The position numbers were made by a program, and so were the translations under genes. From Camelus dromedarius (lineage: Eukaryota), in NCBI RefSeq assembly GCF_036321535.1, contig NC_087437.1:43402001-43466000 (forward strand): DNA of 64,000 nucleotides. Direction: 5' to 3'. The notes under the pieces were generated by a model that saw only the letters and a program-made list of their open reading frames with translations, searched no databases and was not told the DNA's origin. The stretch's first letter is position 1. Each line of letters opens with the position of its first letter. Below are positions 1 to 13,159 of this stretch, in pieces.

Positions 1-2359
1 TCTTAATCAGATGCCAACAATGACAGAGAAAGCTGCCCACTCCTCCACACTGGTAGCACTTTGATGAGCCTTCTTTATCCACTAAAGTATTTTCTTGGGT
101 TTGGAGTATTTTGTTCCAGGGAAATGTCATAGTCAGGAATATTGGGGGAAATATATATTTATATTTTTATGAGCATATTATATATATACAATTTAGTGTA
201 GCACTGCCTTTTTTTTTGGCAGCTTGTAATGACTGCTATACTGTTTTAGAGCTAAGAGCTACGGTCAGTCAACTTTAGACTCACATCTACTTAATTAACT
301 TATAAAAGTAACTCCAGAAAGAGAATCTTACTCTAATGGTGTTGGTTTGAAACAGGATCAAAAATGTAAACCTGAAGTGTATTATTCAATGGAGACCAGC
401 CTAGTAGCCATTACAGGATGAGGGTGAGTAACCTCAGGTTGGTTCAGATGATCACGATGTAGTTCAGATTTGACTGTATTTCCAGCATATCCCAGTCTCA
501 AAATAACACCAACAATTACTGAAAGTGTGGCATGGGCTTTATAGTTCAAGATTTAGTTTCAAGAGTTTTTTCGTTTTCCATTTGGAGGGGAGAAAATGCT
601 TCCATCCATTCAGAGCAAAATGCAGTCAAAAGAGATGTAACTCGTGCCTATAGGGTAGACCTGTATTTGTTTCCCTTTTCTTTTCATAGTTTATCACAGC
701 TTCAAATATTTCCTTGCACGACTGATTGTTTTCCATTAAAATAGTAATTGTTGTGACAATGATGAAAGATACCGATCTGGGCATTTGTATATTAATTTAA
801 TTAAAAATGCAGTTAATTTACTCTCAGTTCTCTTTTTGGACTGACAGTTCAGCATATTCATAGCCCTGAAAGTAATGAAGGACATAAAATATTCTGAAAC
901 ATTTTTTTCCTTTGGAAGCACTTACATATTAATTACTTTTTAAAAAGAGACCTGTGTACCTCTCTACTCCTTGTAATCCCAGCAAGAGCTTTGCTGAGCC
1001 ACCTATGCTTTCTGTGGATTTCAGAATCAGTTCTTCAGGTTTCACTGGAGCACCTGTCACTCCCACCAGGAAAACGAGCCAGATCAGGCAAGCACTGAAG
1101 GCTAGACGTTAACTTCAGTGAGAGGTCATCCAATCAATTACATTTGAGCTCTTTTTTCTTTCTTAGGTACTTGAAGTATCTGATCCTCCTTGAGTTGGGT
1201 AATATTTTTGTCATCTGCTTTGTCAGGGAACTCTAAGAATTGACAGTGAACCAATGATTGAAGCTTTTGAAGGAATTCAACTTCTTAGTTTTGGGGGCTT
1301 GTGCTTTTGTTGTTATTTCATAGGCAAATTTCCTTCCCTGCCATCTGATTTTTCACATCTCCTACTATTATTGCCTATAAAAGTGAGAACAGCATGTAGG
1401 GGGCCCAGCAAAGCTTCCCAAGTGTGAAGCTGTGACATTTTGTTATTCCAGAACCACTTCAGGAAGCAGCGTTGTATTTCTACTTAACATTTAATGTTTT
1501 GCAGCTGCTAAAGAATTATTCACTAAGTACTAAAACAGAGAAAAATCAATCTCTTCCTAACATCATTAGTAATAAATATGTTTGCTTATATTTTCCAAGA
1601 GAAGTGACAAGAAACGCAGATAATGAGCAACTATTTGACAGACAAATAAATGTGCCAGTCAATATTAGACAAAGCAAAATACAGAATAAGAAACTGCAAC
1701 TTTTTATCATTTCTTATAATAAAACCTCATTTTAAATGTCCGGTTAATAGCACCAAAATTTTCGGGGCCCTGTGCAAGGAGAATTAAAATAAATATCCCA
1801 GGGAGGAAGCATGACACCCCCATGTTAGAAACAATTAGTCCCTGCAAGAAAATGTATTTTCATATTGTATTTTATGATAATTCCAAACTGAGCTCAATTA
1901 AAATGCATCATGAATGATCATATGGAAAAAATACCGCATTAAAAAAACAAAAATGGAGCTGCTGCCAAAAGCTTTGGTTACACAGGCCTGTGAAGTCAGT
2001 GGAAGCCTTCCCCACAGCATCTCCCTGATGCTCTCCGCTGGACTGCGGAGAGAAGCCGGGAGGGGGAGCCTCTGGTCCTGCAGAGGCTGACTGGGATGAA
2101 ATGTTGCCAGTCAGTGATGCCTCTCCTAAACCCAGGGTGCTCACTGTCAGGGGTGGAGTTTGACTGGCAAGATGAGCTGAGAGGGAAGGGAGATGTGATT
2201 TGAGCAGAAAGGGGAATTCTCCGAATCAAGACTCACCGATTTTTTCCTGTTATGCAGCTGGAAAATTGTGAGACTCACGTGAAAGTCTGTCTTTCACCTT
2301 CTCCTTCATCCCCAGGCTACTGGCTATTTGACTACCCCTTTGCTCCTTTCCGGGGCTTT

Positions 2360-2515
2360 CTAGCCTGACAGTTTGATGCACTGTACTTTAATTATTTGTT
2401 TTGTATTTTTGTTCACCCGCCTATATTGTTAGCTCCTGGAAGGAAATGAACATGCCAAATTCACGTGGGTTGTCCAGAGTTGGTATTCAGTGATCATTAT
2501 TTGTATCAATGAATA
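2360..2515 (+). mobile_element. LINE-2 3' end fragment (highly diverged)
   Basis: Resembles L2 3' end: 'tattgttagctcctggaaggaaatgaac...attatttgtatcaatgaat'. Confidence 0.5.
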
Positions 2516-3784
2516 TATAATAAAGAGAAGAGTTTTAACCAAAGCTTTATATTTGTTCTGTCTGAGAATTCTACAGGTAACTTTATATTTGACAAACTTT
2601 GATAGCAAAGAGAAAATGAGACAGAGGCCACTTTCTGAATAATTTAGGTCCTTAAGCCCCCTTTACCTGGCCTTAAATGGAAATTTGATTGGATTGCTTT
2701 CATCCAATCTGGGCTTCATTTGACCTGATTTGAAAGTCAATAACACGGTCTGATAGAAGGACTCTAATATATGCCTCATCTGCTTGATTTCAGGAGGTTT
2801 TTTTTTTGGAAATTCTGAAATAGATGGTATTTTCCCGCATCTTGGCTTCCTGCTGAGAGAATGGTGGGACCAGGAACCAGAAATCTCTCTCTGGTGATGC
2901 TGGTTGCATCTGTGCAGCTATCAGCATTTCCTCCTACACCTCCACCCTAACAAATACATTTTTTGATGTAGGTGTAAACCTAATTTCCCTGTGCATAATG
3001 TCAATGCCTCTGGAGTGTGCAGAGCTGGCTGGAATCTGCACTAAGAGGTCTGGGAATAAGGCTTTCCTTGTCATTATTTGCTCAGTCTGTAGTATTCAGC
3101 TGCCAACCCATGCCATATTATTTGTGTGATGCTTGGTGACAGTCTGTGTTGACTCTTAGCTATGCTTCTTGACATAATTTAATGAGCTAGAATGCCATTT
3201 TCCCCTGGAAGAAATATGTCCATATTTTCAATGCCAGTGAAAAGTTGTTTATTTTACACATATATTACTTTTCTGGATCCAGGATTTCGACTCTTATAAC
3301 ATATTAACATGATACGTTCATTGTATAAAAATGTCCTATTTTCCCTCTTGCATTTACAAGAGGTTGAGGCTTCAGCATAACTGAGGGAGGAAAATGTACC
3401 CACTTGGTTGTACGAGGCTTGCTGCTTTTCTACTCTTCCTAATTAGCTTTTAACAAGCTGTCAGTCTTCCACTGTGCATGTGGCATTGGTAGGGAAAGGA
3501 CAAGGATGAGTTGCAGTCTCCCTCTGAAAGTAGAATGTGCGTCTTACGAGAGGTATCTCCAGGCTGTCAGAGTGGGTCTCAGCACCACAACTTTGAGTCA
3601 AATACAGTCTGACTTTTCCTGGTGCTGTAAACTAATGCTGAGCGCATATTTCTGTCTGTGTCATCTGTCTCTTTCCTTAGAGATGCCGTCAGCTTCTTCC
3701 ACACAGACCTGCTTTCATATAACAAGAAAAAGCCCACTCACTGGCTTTTCTTTTGTTAAATTAGACCTTTAAAAATAACATCTA

Positions 3785-4510
3785 TTTTTATTTTTTCCTA
3801 ATAGTAAAAGTAATATGCATTCAATCTGAAGAAATGTAAGCAGTTCAAAAAATTATACTGAATAAACAAAAGTAATCTGCTAGTCCACCCCACAGATAAT
3901 CAATGTAATGTTTTGGTACATTTCTTTAGGGGTTCAGGTAAAAGTTCCTGTACGGTTGTGTGTGTGTGTGTATCTATATACAGATACTTATTGTTTTGTT
4001 CACAGAAAAGGTAACATTTTATATTATTTTTGTAGCACCCATTTTATTTAACAATAACTTGTGAACATTTTCCATATCTGTAAGTATTACAGTATGATTT
4101 TTAGTATACTCTGTCATGTGGCAGTATGATAATTTACTTAACCTATTGCCTCATTAATGGATATTTAGCTCATTTCTCCATTTTTGCTATGCATAAGTCC
4201 TCTCTTTGCACTTTCTGGATCGTATCTTTAGGATGAATTTCCAGACATGGAATGACTGAATCAAGGGCTACGTCCACGTTGGATCTTTTTATATCTGTCA
4301 TAAATTGCCCTACAGAGAAATTCACTCTTCACATACTTCCACTATCAGCAAATGAAGGACTTTCTCTGCACTGGCCTCTTCTCAATGGGACATTCATAAA
4401 TCATGGCCAATATGACAAGTGAAACATTCATTCAGATATGAAACATTCATTCAGATATGCATATGACAAAGTGAAGTTTTAAATGGCTATCATATGTTTA
4501 ATAGTCATTT
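3785..4510 (-). mobile_element. Ancient L1 (L1ME-like) 3' region
   Basis: Antisense L1ME-type phrases: 'gtatgataatttacttaacctattgcctcattaatggatatttag', 'ggatgaatttccagacatggaatgactgaatcaaggg'. Confidence 0.7.
4420..4459. repeat. Perfect 19-bp tandem duplication
   Basis: gaaacattcattcagatat at 4421-4439 and 4440-4458. Confidence 0.95.
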
Positions 4511-4559
4511 CACTCAGAAGGAAAACCCAACTTAAGTAGTATCTTAGTGTCATTTTTGA

Positions 4560-4850
4560 GTGAGGGGTCTTTTGAATCAGATGGCCTGGTCCTCATGTGG
4601 CCTCATGTAGTCTTCACTCATCCCTATAATGTCGACAGTAGTGGTAGGTACTTCACTGGTTGGTTGTTAGGATGAATACATTCCCACATATAATAGTAAT
4701 AGAAAAGATAATAATATTATAAACATCTCTGGTAGTTACTGCATGTTAGGCACTGTCCTTAGTGCTTTATGTATGTTAACCCTTTTATTATATTATTAAG
4801 TTATATATAAATTATTTAACACAATGCTTGGTACCCTCAATAAATGTAAC
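4560..4850. mobile_element. MIR fragments in both orientations
   Basis: 'ggttgttaggatgaat' (sense core) and 'gttaggcactgtccttagtgctttatgtatgttaac' (antisense 3' part). Confidence 0.55.
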
Positions 4851-5469
4851 TGTTTTTGTAAATATTAAGCTTTTCTTACAGCTTGTGCTGCAAATGGGCA
4901 AATGTTATGGATGAGAAGTAATTTTGTCAAAACACTTTCAAATCATCCACATAAAATTGCTTTAAAATATCCAGTACAGAAGTTCACTATTGTGAGTGGC
5001 CACTTAAAATTTGGTTGTCACTTAATGTAAGACAAAGTTATGAGAAGGATGGATCTTTGAACAAATAGGTTAGTAAATAATATCACTATTATTTACTATT
5101 GACTATTTACTAATTGACATATCAAGTGCCAATATTCAGTGTTCTTACTCATTGCTAGAATTGGAATATTCAGATTACATGGAGTAAAATCAAGCAGATA
5201 TCTCATGAATTGGAACATTGGAACAGTGGAGGCAATCAATTTGGATAGTCAAAAAAAAAAAAAAGCAATTTCTCCATTTTACTGAATTGTAGTATCTGCC
5301 GGTACTCAGAGGTCAAACAACTGACATGTCAAACAGTTAGCTCTATGTTCATTTGCTCCTCGATGCCCTGACATCTGGCTTCCAGTGGAGATGAGTGAGT
5401 GTGTTTCAAAGTCTGCATCTCTGTTTAAGGCTCCGTGAGGCAATGAGGAAGGGGGAACAGAGGTGTGGC

Positions 5470-5700
5470 TGTGAGCACACATTTTGGTATCAGGGAAACC
5501 TATCTTCAGACCCCCGGTCTGCCTCTTAGAGGGGCTGGAATGTTACTTAAATTCTCCAGGTTCTAGTTGCTTTATTTACAAAACGAGGCTATTTACCTCC
5601 GAAGTTAATGTGAAAATTAAATGAGATAAGGAATCCAAGCATGTAGCACAGGGCCTGGAACATAACTAAACTAAAAGTTAGTTGTTGATTGGATTTTATA
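5470..5700 (+). mobile_element. MIR SINE
   Basis: MIR core and tail: 'tgtgaaaattaaatgagataag...atgtagcacagggcctggaacata'. Confidence 0.75.
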
Positions 5701-8249
5701 ATTATTACCATATGGACAATGCTAAGTTATCAGCATGTGATCTGTTGACGTGTCAAGACTTGACTCCGAGGTTTCTGCAGAACGTAAGTGTGAGGATGGC
5801 CAGAGGACAAGTAGGTATGGTCCTCTTAAATGCAAAAGAAACACCTGAGTTTGAGAAATCTGTTTGTCATTAGTATATGGGTGAATGAATGGACTGAGAT
5901 AAATTTCAGGAGAAAGAAAACAGTGGGTGAGAGTAGGGCCTAGGACATAGGAAGAGGATATCTTTTATAGCTAGGAAGAGGGGGGTCCATGCCATAGCAA
6001 CAGGAGGGAAGGCAAAAGGTGACTGTGGACAGATTCATGAATCTTTATGTATTTGTCTTAAACTGTTCTGAAAATCCAGTACCTGTCCTTATGAATCTTA
6101 AAAAGTCATGATTTTTATCCTGATTCTTATTAAAGTTTTATTTTAAAGTGATTCTCTGTCTGGAAGTTTTAGTTTATTACAATATACTCAAATTTAGTGG
6201 CAATCCAGAAAACCTCTAGCTAAAATAAAGATTTTGGGAAATTTATAAATGATACATTTTAAAAGACATTTTTTTAATGGAAGATAGTTTATTAAATTTT
6301 TAAGAATCATGATTCTATACCTTAGAAAAGTTTTGCCCAATGGAAAGTCACTTCTCTTTATTTTTCAACTATAGTCAACCTATATAATAAATGGCACTTA
6401 CTCATAATGAGAAACAGTTAAACAATTAATCAGTATAAATTAGCATTTGGAAAAACAACTCCTTGCATATTCTCTCCAGATATACAGTTCCCTTTACATA
6501 AAAATAGCATGTTTTTAGATGCCTTTTATTATAGTTGCAAATCCTCAAGGTATAAATATGCTTTGTGAATATATTCTCAATTATTTCAATAATTGGCTGC
6601 CAAAGGGGGAACTTTATGTATGATACAGCTTTTAGTCGTTTTTCATTCCTAGCAGAAATGATACATTTAAGAAATATAAGACTTCTTAATCTACAGGGTG
6701 GAAAAGAGCAAAACTGTAAATAAAACATAATTAGAAAAATTTATCTTCCTATATGTCTTGAGGCATTTTACAAGTTCTACTTCTGCTTATTTATATTTTC
6801 AGAAAACCTCCCCTAATAGCTAATGCTATAAATGTCACTTTATAGATTCCAAGGTAAAAGAGGCATCTGAATTGTGCCTTTGAAACCTTGTCTTTACTAC
6901 TTTGAGACTAAATTTGATGAATTGCTAAATAATCTTCAGTTGGTAAAACCAAGTCCTAAAAACTGAAGGCATCCAATAAACATTCAGCTTAAAAAACAGT
7001 AAAGAATATCTGTATAATATTGTACCAGAAGTGAAGTATGACATTGCAATAATCCTAAAATGAAAATTAAATAAAACTAGAATTTATACTCATTTATTAC
7101 CGTAGATTTACCAGAGTGTTGCTAGACTTTAAGGTGTCAGGAGAAAATCATTATGTCTTGCCTTGCTGGATCAATTACCTCTGCAGCGTCTAATAAATTT
7201 TGTCTTCTGATTTTGATGGATGTTTAACCATCTGCTTCTGGAAAGATTTCCAATTATAGACCTTGAAGGTGCTTCAACAGAGGCTTATTAAGTGTTAGCA
7301 GTTGAAAAGTTGCATGGTTTTGTGTGGTAACTGGGGTTTTTATGACCACTTTATATTGAGATTCAGTATCCTTTTGTAACTAAGAAAATGAAATGAATTT
7401 AAAGAAATTATTGTTTTTCTTTATTTTATACTCCAAAGAATATTTAATGGAATAATTTATGTTTAATTTTTAAACCATATTTACCAAATGGAACAAACTG
7501 GTAAATACTTTGAAAATTTGACCCTGTGAATATAAGACTTTTCATTTGGCTGAGTTTGTTTTGTCTCATTTATAAACATTAGTTAAGCATTTGCTGACTT
7601 AAAAATATAATTACTGGGAAATACAAAATACTTTTTCATAGTTACGAAAGAATCTGTAGTTAGAATGTTTAAGTGTGTGCTGTAAATTTAATCATATTAA
7701 ATATATATGTTTATATGCAAAGGAGAGTTTAGACAAATATATTCAAAACCAAACTTTTTCTGAAGAAGTCCTAAATAATAAAAACAAAAGAGGTTTATAT
7801 AACTAAATTTTACAAGGAACTATGTCTTTAACTTGGAAAAATAAATATTAAGAAAATTTTCTTTGGAAAATATGTGGTAGATTTTTAGCTTACTAAAATT
7901 AGTCTAATAAATTCGTATGTCGTCTAATAAAACCAGACAATGGCTAAGACTTCTACTTGGCATTTTAGACAGTATTGATTAGTATATTATTAATTCTGAA
8001 GCCACAACATAGTTGATCTTGTCTCTTCCTATTTGATGTAACCTCTTTAAGAGCAAGTATTACTCTGATGTTTGTAGTCTATATCTTATATGATACCATT
8101 TTTGTAAATTGTAATGTATATTTTTATATACTCACATAATTTCACCATGGTTTAATGTTACATCATTTTATGTAATTCTTCCACAGGATAATTCATGCAC
8201 AGTGCAGTAGAAAGTGTGACCAAGGGCATCCTATGGTGAACTCATAATA

Positions 8250-8775
8250 CCATACCTGTTACTGTTCGTGCTGTAATTTCCCCTTCTCTTTTATAAAAAC
8301 ACTATTTTGGCAGGGGATGTGGGATAAGGGGTGAGGATTCTCTAGGAAAAACACCTCTTTTTCCTCCTATCAGTCCATACACTTTAAGCATGACAACTTC
8401 CTTCCTACAGACCCGTAGATGGGCATGTGACCTAGGACTGGCTAATCAGTGTGTTCCACCCTCCCGAGATAGATTTAGAGATGGGCACATGCCCCACTCA
8501 GATCAGCGAATCTCAAATCCCAGACTTTGGTCCGACTCTTTTCACTGAGACACTGAGATGAGAAATGTAAGCCTGGAGCTTTTGGCAGCCAAATAGTCCA
8601 CGATAGGAGATGCCCTGCAAGGAAGACTTTTGTGACATCCTTTGCTTTTGGAATCTTGTCTGGTTTTAAGCTAATACTACCTTTAATTTTTAAACTAATA
8701 AATGACCTTATTTTTACTTAAGCCTGTTTAAATTGGACTTATAGCACCTTCAACTGAAATATGCTTGATAAGTAA
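8250..8775 (+). mobile_element. ERVL-MaLR solo LTR (MLT1K-like)
   Basis: 'gggcatgtgacctaggactggctaatcag', 'gatgggcacatgcccc', 'aagcctggagcttttggcagcc', and 3' 'ttaagcctgtttaaattggac'. Confidence 0.7.
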
Positions 8776-8893
8776 TCTATACTGTGATTATTTCATCTAC
8801 AAAACAAACGACTGGAATAGATGTCCCTTGATGCCCCTTTCATAAATAAATTATATTTTTATGGCCACATGGACTTGGTAACTGAGCACATAT

Positions 8894-9965
8894 TTTTGTT
8901 TGTTTGTTTTGTTGAAGTATAGTTGATTTACAATTTGGGTTAATTTCTGGTATTCAGTATAGTGATTCAGTTATATCTATATATGTATTCTTTTTTATAT
9001 TCCTTTACTTATAGGTTATTATAAGATATTGAATATAGTTCCCTGTGCTGTGCAGTAGGACTGTGTTGTTTATCTAATTTTTTTAATTGAAGTATATTCA
9101 GTTTACAATGTTATGTCAGTTTCTGGTATACAGCATGATAGTTCAGTGATACATATACATACATATATTCCTTTTCATGTTCTTTTTCATTGTAGGTTAC
9201 TATAAGATATTGAATACATTCACTGTGGTATACAGTATAAACTTGTTTATCAATTTTATATATAGTAGTTTGTATCCACTACTAGAGACAATTTATTCCT
9301 TCCCCACCCCTGTTCCCCTTTGGTAACCATAAGTTTGTTTTCTATGTCTAGGGGTCTGTTACTGTTTTGTAAATAAGTTTATTTGTATCATTTTTTAGAT
9401 TCCACATATATGTGGTATCATATGATATTTGTCTTTCTCTGTGTGACTTACTTCATTAAGTATATCTCTAGGTCTATCCATGTTACTGCAAAAGGCATTA
9501 TTTCATTCTTTTTTATGGATGAGTAGTATTCCTTTGTATGTGTGTATATACCACAACTTCTTTATCCACTTATCTCTCGATGGACATTTAGATTGCTTCC
9601 ATGTCTTTGCTACTGTAAATAGTGCTGCTATGAACATTGGGGTGCATGAATCTTTTTGAATTAGAGTTTTTCTGGATATATGCCCAGGAGTGAGATTGCT
9701 GCATCATATGGTAACTTTATTTTTATTTTTTAAGTCATCTCCATACTGTTTTCCATAGCGGCTACACCAAATTACATTCCTACCAAAAATGCAGGAGAAT
9801 TTCCTTTTCTCCACACCTTCTCCAGCATTTGTTGTTTGTGGTCTTCTTAATGATGGCCAGTTTGACCTATGTGAAGGGATGCCTCATTGCAGTTTTGATT
9901 TTCATTTATCTGACAATTGGCCACGTTGATCATCTTTGCATGTGCCTTTTGACCATCTACATGTA
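8894..9965 (-). mobile_element. Young cetartiodactyl/camelid-type L1, 5'-truncated, with two consecutive 3' ends
   Basis: 'ttgaagtatagttgatttacaat' (8912) and 'ttgaagtatattcagtttacaat' (9087), then L1 3'UTR and ORF2 C-terminal antisense sequence; possible TSD cacatat at 8887-8893 and 9966-9972. Confidence 0.92.
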
Positions 9966-10095
9966 CACATATACACACAAATATAAGAATAGTGGGCTAG
10001 CTCACAAATGTAACAATCATCCACTGAATCTGGAAATAATACTGAGTATTGGCAGGATCCATGAGAACTCCTTTAGGTATCAATAGACCATAGTG

Positions 10096-10429
10096 AAAGA
10101 TTGGCAGACTTTTCGGTAAAGGGCTAGATAATAAATGTTTTAGCCTTTATGGGCCATATGATCTCAACTGCATCTATTTCATTCTGACATTGTAGCAAAC
10201 AGACAGCCATATATAAAACGTTAACAATAAGTGTGGCTATGTTCCAATAAAATAATTTTTTTCATGGACATTGAAATTGGATTTTCATATAATTGTCACA
10301 AGTAATGAAAAAAAATTCTTTTGAATTGTTTCAATCATTTAAAATGCAAAGCCATTCTGAACTCATAGGCCACAGAAAAACAGGCAAGGGGCTCAGTCTG
10401 ACCTGGGAGCCATAGTTTACTGACCCCTG
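10096..10429 (+). mobile_element. hAT-Charlie MITE (MER58B-like)
   Basis: 'ggtaaagggctagataataaatgttttagcc...gtgtggctatgttccaataaaa...catagtttactgacccctg'; degenerate 8-bp TSD ccatagtg / tcatagcg. Confidence 0.88.
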
Positions 10430-10959
10430 TCATAGCGTATTAACACTGTGCCCTGCCAGGAAGAAAATAAAGAATTGTGTGTGGCATTCAACAAACTTTC
10501 CCAAAGGTGCTTCAAGATGCATATAATGTGTTGAAAAAGAGGAGCTATATTTATTTTCTTCCTTTAGAAAATACAGGCTACAATAGTACTGGAAAAATTC
10601 TATATAACAACAGCTTCTAATTGGTTATTACATAAAGAATCTGTGACAAATACACTGCCAAAAAGAATGCTTTCTTATGCAGAGATATGATGTCAGTTTC
10701 ATGTATAACCAGCCTCCTTGCCAATCAAATAATTCTATAGATAGGTATGACATCATGTCTGGGCATAGTCACAGTTTGACTGATAGGTTGGAATATGGAA
10801 TATAAACAGGAAACCACAGAATAATTGCTTGACTTAAACTTTAGGTAAAAATAGTTGAGGAAGAACAATATTACTAACATATGAATGTGTTAAGAATTAT
10901 CCTAAAATTGTTGCTTCTATAACTGTCAAGATATGCTTTAATAATGAAAGAACCTTGGA

Positions 10960-12830
10960 AGTGTCTGATATCATTTAATTTATTGGTTAGTCAAATAGTT
11001 AATTTTGAATGCATTTCCATTATATTGATCATTATTGTTAATAGAATTCAGTTTACTACTTCTTTTAGGTTATTTACATTAATATAAAAAGTTGTATTAG
11101 TCTGGAATTTTTTTCTCTTTTTTAATGTTTTGATACCAGATTCATGGTAGTTGCTTTTGAACCTCTTTTGTCCTAAACATTTTTGTCAATTTTTCCAGTT
11201 CTGTTCATAATTATTGATATTTTAAGGCTTTTTTCTTTTTTTAGAGAGTGAGGAGGATCAAATTTGGTTAACCACATAAATCTAGAAAATCATACTTATG
11301 CTGAGATTCGTATATCAGATTATATAGATTTGTGTATCACATTCTCAAATTGTTTTCTCAGATTTCGGATAGTCTTTTTCATTCTTAAATGATGCTTCTT
11401 GGATTTTTTTTCTCTTTTTCTCAGAATTACATAAGGCAGAAATGTGTCTATTGGATTGCCTTTGTCAAATAACTTTCACTGAATTTTTCTGCTTTATTTA
11501 TTTTTACTATAACACATATCTCTTCCTGCTTCTTAAAATTAAATTGATTTGTTAATTTATTTTTAGTTTTTATTGCTTAATAATGAAAGCATGTGTACAT
11601 AAAATTTTAATTTCTGATTAAACCTTTGACCATTTCCTCCAATTTGAAACGTAGTATTCTCACTGCCATGTTTCTACTATTATCTAAATGGAATTTTTAC
11701 CTCTCTTTGGCCTCAACAGTTATTTTGTGGAGTCCTTGTTTAAATTTCAGAGAATTTTGGAAGTTTTGTGATTTTATTTGTAACTTTAATTTTTACAGTA
11801 TAGTTGTCCCTCTGTATCCATGGAGGATTGGTTCCAGAACCCCTACCCCCCAGCAGATACCAAAATCTGCAGTTGCTCAAGTTTCTTATATAAAATGGTG
11901 TAGTATTTGCACATAACCTACACACATCCTCCCCTGTACTTTATCTCTAGATAGCTTATAACACCTAATACAATGTAATACTATGTAAATAGTTGTAAAT
12001 ACAATGCAAATGCTATGTAAATAGTTATAAATATAGTGTAAAATGCTATGTAAGTAGTTGCTGGTGCAGGACAAATTTAAGTTTTGCTTGTTGAAACTTT
12101 CTGTAATTTTTTTTTTTTTCTGAGTATTTTCCATCTGGATAGTTGAATCTGCAGATGCAAAACTGGGAATACAGAGGGCTGACTGTATTGGGTTTAGAGA
12201 ATATGGCCTATGGGCCAGGCTGTCTACCATTGGAGATTTATTCAGGTTTTTTGGTACTTATGTATGATAATTTTAAAAACACTTTCATAGAGTTTTCAGA
12301 CAAAAACATAGGATAGATCTTTTTAATTATAAACTATATAAAGATAAATATATTACATATATGTTAATTTTATTTCTTAGATCCTTGGCATCCTTATCTG
12401 TTACATATTTAAGTCAAAATAGAGAGATAAGTTACTTTTTCCCCTTCTATTCTAATGTTTCTGCCCATTTTCCATTGAAATTATAAAAATTCTTCATATG
12501 TTTAAATACAATATTACTCATTTTGTGAATGTATGTCTGGTCTATCTTTAATATATATTGTACAGGTGATCAATGTTGTACTATCAATGTCTGAAATGCC
12601 ACTTAACTGTATACTGTTGTGATTCCTGTCTTCACATCCAATGTAGATGTTATATCCTTATCTGTCCTTTTATTTTTAACTAGCCTATGGCACATTCTTT
12701 AGGTATGATTTCATGGGTAGCATTTGAATTTGGTATCGCAAGACAGTTTGATAACCTACTTTCTATTTTTGTGACTCTTTGCCATTTCCTGTATATGGTT
12801 TACATCTCCTAGCTGTATGAGCTAGAATAT
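10960..12830 (-). mobile_element. Ancient L1 (L1M/L1ME-like) internal ORF2 region, interrupted by MER2
   Basis: T-rich antisense L1 ORF2-like sequence ('aatttgaaacgtagtattctcactg', 'gggtttagagaatatggcctatg') continuing on both sides of the Tigger insertion. Confidence 0.65.
11801..12185 (+). mobile_element. TcMar-Tigger MITE (MER2-like)
   Basis: TIRs tagttgtccctctgtat / atacagagggctgactg; TA TSDs at 11799-11800 and 12186-12187; MER2 body 'gattggttccagaacccc...ataccaaaatctgcagttgctcaagtttcttatataaaatgg'. Confidence 0.92.
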
Positions 12831-12886
12831 AAATATTGTCTACTTGTCTGCTATTCATAGTTTTCTGTTTTCTGGCTTATCTTCTG

Positions 12887-13089
12887 CCTCTTTCTTTCCT
12901 TCTTTTCTCTCTCTTTCTTTCTCTCTTTCTCTCTTTCTTTCTTTCCTTCTTTCTTTTTCTTTCTTTCCTTCTTTCTTTCTCTTTCTCTCTTTCTTTCTTT
13001 CTTCCTTTCCTTTCCTTTCCTCTCTCTCTTTCTTTCCTCTCTCTCTTTCTTTCCTCTCTCTCTTTCTTTCCTTTTCTTTCTTTCCTTTC

Positions 13090-13159
<70 letters not shown>

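Noticed and set aside
1149..1204. Strong acceptor tcttttttctttcttag followed by GT (recursive site or 32-nt exon)
   Set aside because: GTACTT and the downstream GTAATA are weak donors, and the length is not frame-preserving.
2237..2257. 21-nt minus-strand exon-like segment (ccag|...|gtgagt)
   Set aside because: Short pyrimidine tract with a nearby upstream AG, and opposite to the inferred host strand; such matches are expected by chance.
6426..6728. 100-aa minus-strand ORF
   Set aside because: AT-rich, no recognisable domain and no matching splice donor; consistent with chance.
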